A stretch of 64,000 nt of DNA from an uncultured Rhodospirillaceae bacterium (GTDB lineage: Bacteria; Pseudomonadota; Alphaproteobacteria; GCA-2731375), in assembly GCA_964631725.1 (NCBI GenBank), contig CAZVYX010000016.1:36773-100772 (forward strand). The letters run 5' to 3'. The notes beneath the pieces were generated by a model, which saw nothing but the letters and a program-made list of their open reading frames with translations, searched no databases and was not told the origin of the DNA. Both the position numbers and the translations under genes were made by a program. Each line of letters begins with the position of its first letter. Position 1 is the first letter of the stretch. Positions 58,815-64,000 of the stretch are shown piece by piece.

Positions 58815-59219
58815 CGGCGGTTCTACAAGCCTTTGTCAAGCAGTGCCTTGATCTTCGCCTTGCTCGTCTGCGCGATCAGCCGTCCCGCTTCCCCGCTGCT
58901 TTTCACCATCACCAAGGTGGATTGATAGGTTACCTTGTACTGCGTGGCGATGGCGGCATCCCCGTAGGTGTCCCAGTCCACATAGACGAAGGTGATCTTC
59001 TCGTCATAGCTCTTGTTGGCGGCCCGTAATGCCTTGATCGCACGGATCTGGCTGCGACAGGTGCCTCACCACTCGGCGGCGAATTCCAGCAATACCGCAC
59101 GGCCATCGTCGAGGGCGGATTTCACGGCCTTGGGGCTATAGGGCACGCTGTCGCCAGCGGCATGTGCCGCCAACGGCACCGACAAGGCAGCGACAACGGC
59201 AAACTGTAGAAAACGTCTA
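58815..59219 (-). CDS. Periplasmic thioredoxin-like protein with an in-frame TGA at the first active-site Cys position (candidate selenoprotein, UxxC)
   Basis: The minus-strand ORF encodes MLRRRFLQFAVVAALSVPLAAHA (signal) ...AVLLEFAAEW-[TGA 59060..59058]-GTCRSQIRAIK...VYVDWDT...LVMVKSSGEAG..., 134 codons to TAG. It aligns with the thioredoxin motif DFWAEWCGPCK, and the reading frame and fold conservation continue through the TGA. A 6-bp-stem hairpin (GUCGCA/UGCGAU) starts ~10 nt 3' of the UGA. It lies directly downstream of ccdA. Confidence 0.5.
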
Positions 59220-59246
59220 CGTAACATCAAATCACCTTCAACATGT

Positions 59247-59960
59247 TCAGATCGAAACCGATAGGTCCTGCAGCCATTCGGGGAGAATGTCCAACAGCTG
59301 GCTTTCCAGCCAATGGTCTACCCCGAACAGAATGCCCATGCCCACCAACAAAAACGTGATCCCCAGGATCGTCTTGGCTTTGCCCGCAAGCAGGCGCAGG
59401 GCCCGTTGCCGCTTCGCCACCATTTCGCGGGTTCCAAAGGCCAGCGCCAGCACAACAGTGGACACTCCCAACGCAAACGCTGTCATGATTGCTCCGGCCC
59501 AAATGATATCCTGGCCCTGGGAGGCCAGGGATATGGCACCGCCCAGGGTTGGCCCGATACAAGGCGACCAGACGGCCCCCAACATGGCCCCGCCCAGGAA
59601 CTGCCCACGCAGCCCGGCGCTGTCCATGCCGCGTAGATGGCCATCGGCATTGCCGGCGAAAGCGGCCGTGGCTGTGGCGAAGCGTTCGTTCAGGCGCGGG
59701 ACCAACAGGACCAGGCCAAAGACGACCATCATCCAGGCGCCGATCGTGGTCATCAGCCGCTGATCAAGGCCGATCGAGGATCCCAGCACGATGACGAACA
59801 GGCCAACCAGGACGAAAGACAGGCTCAACCCAGCCGCCAACGCCAGCGGGCCCCGGCGGTCGGCCTGCAGCGAGGCCGCCAGAACGATGGGCAATACGGG
59901 CAATACGCAGGGGTTCAGCAGCGTCAGCAACCCGGCGATGAAAGCGAAAAACAACTCCAC
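59247..59960 (-). CDS. ccdA: Cytochrome c biogenesis / thiol-disulfide electron transporter CcdA (DsbD family)
   Basis: Six TMs with the two conserved Cys (LLNPCVLPVLP and WSPCIGPTLG). Confidence 0.8.
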   Translation of the reverse strand: MELFFAFIAGLLTLLNPCVLPVLPIVLAASLQADRRGPLALAAGLSLSFVLVGLFVIVLGSSIGLDQRLMTTIGAWMMVVFGLVLLVPRLNERFATATAAFAGNADGHLRGMDSAGLRGQFLGGAMLGAVWSPCIGPTLGGAISLASQGQDIIWAGAIMTAFALGVSTVVLALAFGTREMVAKRQRALRLLAGKAKTILGITFLLVGMGILFGVDHWLESQLLDILPEWLQDLSVSI

Positions 59961-60103
59961 GAAGCGAACACTCCATGATCGGGAACTCCAGGGTCGGCGC
60001 TCGATATCATGGATCTCGCATATGGGACAACACGGTCATTGGTCACGTTGCCGTGTGCCGCATGCCGTTGCACGGATGGCGGCCGCGCGACTACAATCAG
60101 GTC

Positions 60104-60748
60104 ATGTCCCCGCCCGACCGCCAACTCGCCGCCATCGTGATCGCCGATGTGGCCGGCTATACGCAAATGATCGATGCGGACGAGGCCGGCAGTCATGAAC
60201 GCTTCGGCGACCTGACGGAGAATATTTTCAAACCCTTGCTAAAACAGCACAACGGCCGCCTGGTCGAGACCAAGGGCGATGCCCTTTTGTCGACCTTTAC
60301 CTCGGCCGTGGCGGCGGTGAACTTCGCGGTCGATGTGCAACGGACCCTGCCAATTCATCAGGGCGACTGGCCGAATGGCCAGCGCATGCGGTTTCGCCTG
60401 GGCATCGGTCTGGGTGAAATCATTATCGAAGGTGACGATGTCCATGGCGACGGCGTCAGGGTGGCGAACCGGTTGCGCGAATTGACGGATCCGGGCGAAA
60501 TCTTGATTGCGGGTAGCGTCCTCGACCAGGTGCGCCGGCGCCTCGACCATGTGGCGTTCGAAGACATGGGGCCCGGGGAGGTGGAAGACATGCCCGATCC
60601 GGTGCCGGCCTATCGCGTGCTGCTGGATCCATCGGTGATCGAAGAGGAGGCCGATGGCGGAAAAGTTTTCACCGGACGCCGGATCGCCCTGGCCTTGCTG
60701 GTCCTGGTGCTGTTTGCGGGCGCGGCGCTGTGGAAGCTGCGGGGATGA
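60104..60748 (+). CDS. Class III adenylate/guanylate cyclase with a C-terminal TM anchor
   Basis: CHD domain motifs (AIVIADVAGYT, ETKGDALL, RFRLGIGLGEIII) and a C-terminal hydrophobic segment. Confidence 0.7.
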   Translation: MSPPDRQLAAIVIADVAGYTQMIDADEAGSHERFGDLTENIFKPLLKQHNGRLVETKGDALLSTFTSAVAAVNFAVDVQRTLPIHQGDWPNGQRMRFRLGIGLGEIIIEGDDVHGDGVRVANRLRELTDPGEILIAGSVLDQVRRRLDHVAFEDMGPGEVEDMPDPVPAYRVLLDPSVIEEEADGGKVFTGRRIALALLVLVLFAGAALWKLRG

Positions 60749-60868
60749 TGCACTACGACATGGCGTGAGGGAAAATTGGGCGCCCGTCGCCGGTTTATCC
60801 TTGCGTGGCCGGGCGTCATCGCTAGATTGGCCGCAAATACCACATAATGTTGTCGTGAGGAAACGCAG

Positions 60869-61543
60869 ATGGATTTCGAGAAGCTTGTTCAGGAACGCAG
60901 AAGTATCCGTGGTTATAAGCCCGACCCGGTGCCGAAAGAGGTGATTGAGGAAATCGTCGACATCGCCAAGGGCGCGCCGTCCTCGATGAATACCCAGCCC
61001 TGGTTCCTGCATGTGATCACCGGCGAGCCGCTGGATCGGATCCGCAAGGGCAATACCGAACGCATGCTGGGTGGTGCCGAGGTCAACCGCGAGATCCCGG
61101 TGCGCGATGGTTACGAAGGCGTCCATCGCCAGCGCCAAATCGAGGTCGCCATTCAGTTGTTCGAGGCCATGGGCATAGAGCGGGACGACAAGGAACGGCG
61201 CCAGGATTGGGTGCTGCGCGGTTTCCGCCAGTTCGACGCGCCGGTCTCAATCGTTGTCACCTACGACAAGAGCCTGGAGCCCGCGACCATCAGCCACTTT
61301 GATTTGGGCGCCATTGTCTACGGCCTGGTGCTGGCCGCATGGACCCGCGGCCTGGGCACGGTGATCAACGGCCAGGGCATCATGCAGTCGGATGTGGTGC
61401 GCGAACATGCCCAGATCCCCGAATGGCAAACCATCATGACGTGTGTCGCCATGGGCTATCCGGATGAAGATTTCTCCGCCAACAAGGTGAAATCCAGACG
61501 CACGCCGAACGACGACATCATATCCTACGTTGGCTTCGACTAA
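60869..61543 (+). CDS. Nitroreductase family protein
   Basis: RRSIRGYKPDPVPKEVIEEIVD...PSSMNTQPW nitroreductase signature. Confidence 0.8.
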   Translation: MDFEKLVQERRSIRGYKPDPVPKEVIEEIVDIAKGAPSSMNTQPWFLHVITGEPLDRIRKGNTERMLGGAEVNREIPVRDGYEGVHRQRQIEVAIQLFEAMGIERDDKERRQDWVLRGFRQFDAPVSIVVTYDKSLEPATISHFDLGAIVYGLVLAAWTRGLGTVINGQGIMQSDVVREHAQIPEWQTIMTCVAMGYPDEDFSANKVKSRRTPNDDIISYVGFD

Positions 61544-61706
61544 GCCGAATAACGTTATTGTCGGACGCACTTAACGCCCCCGGCTGGAAAAGCAGTTTCC
61601 CGGTCGGGGCGCACCGCTGTGCCCCCTGGGCAAGTTCCTGTTTTGGCGTGCTTCGGCGAATCTTGGCGCCAGGTTTGCCATGCCGCTCGAGCGGCCTAGT
61701 TCACTG

Positions 61707-61817
61707 TCAACGACCTGACGCACGTAGACGACAATGGTGTTGTGCTAAGAAAGCCTTTTGCCATCAATGAGTTGACTGGTGCAATCGAACAGCTACAGGG
61801 CGCGGACCCAAAGCCGT
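61707..61817 (+). pseudogene. Remnant of a response-regulator receiver domain C-terminus
   Basis: A short frame translates to ...VDDNGVVLRKPFAINELTGAIEQLQGADPKP*, the LxKPF...L..A motif of REC domains. There is an in-frame stop 8 codons upstream and no intact N-terminus. Confidence 0.3.
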
Positions 61818-61864
61818 AGCCTTGACGACAACCATGGTTCAATTCCGACGGCTAAGTATTCCAC

Positions 61865-63117
61865 TCAGACAATCCGCCCTTCCATCCAGGCGCAGTGTGA
61901 CAGCAGCTTTTCGTCCTGTCCCAGGGCGCCGACCGCCTGTACGCCGACCGGCAGGCCATTGGCGCCCGAATGGCCGGGCAGGTTGACGCAGGGGCTGCCC
62001 AGCAGCGTCCACATGCGGTTGAACACGGGATCGCCGGTGCCGTTGTCCAGACCCTTGGGCGCCTCCCCCGGTGCCGAGGGGCAGAGCAGGACGTCCACCT
62101 GCCCGAATACCGTATCCAATTGGCGCCGGCCTTCCCCGGCGGCAGTCAGGGCGGCCTGATAGACGGTGAAATCGACCCCCTGTCCCTGTTCGATCAGGGC
62201 GATGATATGGCGGCTCATCCGCTCCCGGTGCTGGTTGTATTCAAAGGCCAGGTCGCGGGCCGCGTTTTGCGCCATGACGATCTTCTGATGCGCGACCAAT
62301 GTCGCGAACACCGACGGCAGATCAATATCCACGACCTCGGCCCCTGCGGCTTCGAGGCTTTTGGCGGCGGCCAGCACGGCGCCCTGGCTGTCCCTGTCGG
62401 CCTGATCCCATTCATGGGTGCGGCACAGGCCGATTTTCGGTTTAGCCGCGGCGACGGACGTCGGCGCCCCCCGACCAGGGCGGCGCGCATCAGATGCACA
62501 TCGGCGAGCTCCCGGCAGAACCAGCCCAGGCTGTCCAGGTCATGGCCCAGGGCCTTGACGCCAAACAGGGGCATGGCGCCATAGCTGGCCTTGTAGCCCA
62601 CGACGCCGCAAAAGGCGGCCGGTCGGATGACCGAACCCCCGGTTTGGGTGCCGAACGCCAGCGGCACCATGCAATCCGCCACCGCCGCCGCCGAGCCAGA
62701 GGAGGAGCCGCCCGGCGTATGGCCTGGGTTATGGGGGTTGGCCGTCCCGCCCGGCTGGAAATAGGCGAATTCGGTACTGACCGTCTTGCCCAGAACCGTG
62801 CCACCGGCGGCCCGCACCAGCGCGACACAGGCCGCATCCATGGCCGGCTGATGTTCGGGATAGACCTCTGAGCCATAGGTCGTGGGCATATCGGCGGTAT
62901 CGATGATGTCCTTGATACCGACGGGTATGCCGGCCAGGGGACCCGCAAGATCGCCGCTCTGGACCTGGTCAATTGCAATATGACACCAGGCCCCGACCAC
63001 ACCATCCCGCTCCGCGATACGGGCCAGACAGGCGGCCCACAGGTCAGCCGCGCTGATTTCGCCCCGGTCCAATGCCCCCCGGGCCTGGCTGGCGGATAAT
63101 TCGTTGGCTGGCGTCAT
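61865..63117 (-). pseudogene. Amidase (amidase-signature family) with a frameshift
   Basis: The N-terminal 2/3 (62215-63117 frame) carries the GGSSSGSAAAV AS-signature. The C-terminal third continues in a different frame (61865-62377 ORF; true in-frame continuation ...KPKIGLCRTHEWDQ...). The frame switch maps to the C6 homopolymer at 62467-62472. Confidence 0.6.
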
Positions 63118-63279
63118 GGTAGATCCTCCCCGGAGTTATGTGCCTGACATTGCAGCATGAATGGCCCCATCCGTCAGCCCAAACCTTGCCGTGGCCGCAC
63201 GCAATCGCGGCACTTTGCCGCAGGGCCAGGGGGGCCGCGGCGTGGAGCAGCGCTGACCCCTATGCTAAAATCCTCGGCC

Positions 63280-64000
63280 ATGAATGAATTTCAGGATAGT
63301 GCAGCGCCCGGCGCCGCCGGCTCGGGGCGGAGCGGCATGGTGGCGCCATTCTCGCCCGTGCTGTTGGGCGGTTTGCTATTGTCGCCGTTGCCGCCCGTGG
63401 TGCCGCGTCTGCTTCTGCAACCGCTGTTGCGCGCCGCGATGGCGGCGGTCGCGACGCAGCACACCGGCATGTTCGAACGTCTGGGGCCATATGCGAATAC
63501 GGTCTTTCTGATTGATCCGATTGATCTACCGATCCGTTTCCTGCTGCGGGCGGACGCCAGGCAACCAAGGTTGAGCGTTGCCCGCGAGGCGGACGCCGGC
63601 GAGGTCGGGGCGACCATTCGCGGCTCGCTGCTGGCCCTGATCGATCTGTTGGAAGGCCGGGTCGATGGCGATGCCCTGTTCTTTTCCAGGGCCCTGGTGA
63701 TCGAGGGCGATACGGAGGCCGTGGTGGCGCTGCGCAATGCCGTCGATGGCGAGGAGATCGATATCATCGACGACATCCTCGTCCGCGCCGGCCCATTGGC
63801 ACGGCCCGCCCGGCGCGCTGCCAACCGTCTGCGGCGGCTGGCCCGCCGCGCCGGCAGCGATATGGCCATGCTCCAGGATGCCTTGTTACAGCCGGCCATG
63901 GAGCGGGTGGCGGCGCAAGCGGCCGCCGTCGACCATCTGCGTCAAACCATGTCCCGTGACAAGACATCACGGCGCCGCCGTACCACGAAACCGCCTTCCG
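63280..64000 (+). CDS. SCP2-domain protein resembling ubiquinone biosynthesis accessory factor UbiT (YhbT); 3' end outside the window
   Basis: An open frame from ATG 63280 to the window end encodes ...DALFFSRALVIEGDTEAVVALRNAVDGEEIDI..., closely matching the E. coli YhbT/UbiT core (DTLFFQRRLVIEGDTELGLYVKNLMDAIELEQ). Confidence 0.55.
   Translation, partial: MNEFQDSAAPGAAGSGRSGMVAPFSPVLLGGLLLSPLPPVVPRLLLQPLLRAAMAAVATQHTGMFERLGPYANTVFLIDPIDLPIRFLLRADARQPRLSVAREADAGEVGATIRGSLLALIDLLEGRVDGDALFFSRALVIEGDTEAVVALRNAVDGEEIDIIDDILVRAGPLARPARRAANRLRRLARRAGSDMAMLQDALLQPAMERVAAQAAAVDHLRQTMSRDKTSRRRRTTKPPS

Noticed and set aside
58781-59029. 82-aa + strand ORF overlapping the thioredoxin-like gene
   Set aside because: It is antisense to a frame that encodes a signal peptide plus thioredoxin motifs, and has no features of its own.
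63291-63899. 202-aa minus-strand ORF (Ala/Arg-rich) at the window end
   Set aside because: The + strand frame from 63280 gives a protein with a clear SCP2/UbiT core (FFSRALVIEGDTE). The minus ORF is the low-complexity antisense product.
1-64000. Mobile elements, integrases, CRISPR repeats, tRNA/rRNA genes
   Set aside because: I saw no transposase or integrase-like ORFs, no regularly spaced direct repeats and no tRNA-like cloverleaf candidates. The window looks like stable core or accessory chromosome.

Overview
High-GC (~65%) bacterial chromosomal window, most likely from an Alphaproteobacterium. I found no mobile elements and no CRISPR array. Main contents, left to right: (1) an outer-membrane beta-barrel gene (447-2378) directly followed by a 1271-aa secreted decaheme c-type cytochrome with a C-terminal LVIVD-repeat beta-propeller (2391-6194), plus a convergent pentaheme cytochrome (6243-7607); (2) a complete type II secretion system, gspO-E-F-G-H-I-J-K on the + strand and gspL-M-(C/PilP-like)-D on the - strand, with two secreted or lipoprotein cargo candidates between gspK and gspD; (3) copper homeostasis: copA P1B-ATPase divergent from cueR, followed by a BNR-repeat/cytochrome c fusion and a CMD-family gene; (4) a propionyl-CoA carboxylase beta-type carboxyltransferase; (5) a large cobalamin locus: cbtBA cobalt transporter, cobT, cobB, cbiD, cobK, cobM, cbiG-cbiH fusion, cobI, cobL, cobH, long-form cbiX, cobD, cobQ, cobO, cobN, cobW with a cobalamin riboswitch upstream of cobW, a NicO-family Ni/Co transporter and cobC; (6) ugpQ-like GDPD, glpD and a dppABCDF peptide ABC operon; (7) a ccdA plus thioredoxin-like pair in which the thioredoxin active site reads W-[TGA]-G-T-C, a candidate selenocysteine UxxC selenoprotein; (8) an adenylate cyclase, a nitroreductase, a frameshifted amidase, a response-regulator remnant and an UbiT-like SCP2 protein running off the window end. 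The most novel candidates are the porin-decaheme/beta-propeller cytochrome module next to the T2SS (a possible extracellular electron-transfer system) and the Sec-containing periplasmic thioredoxin.
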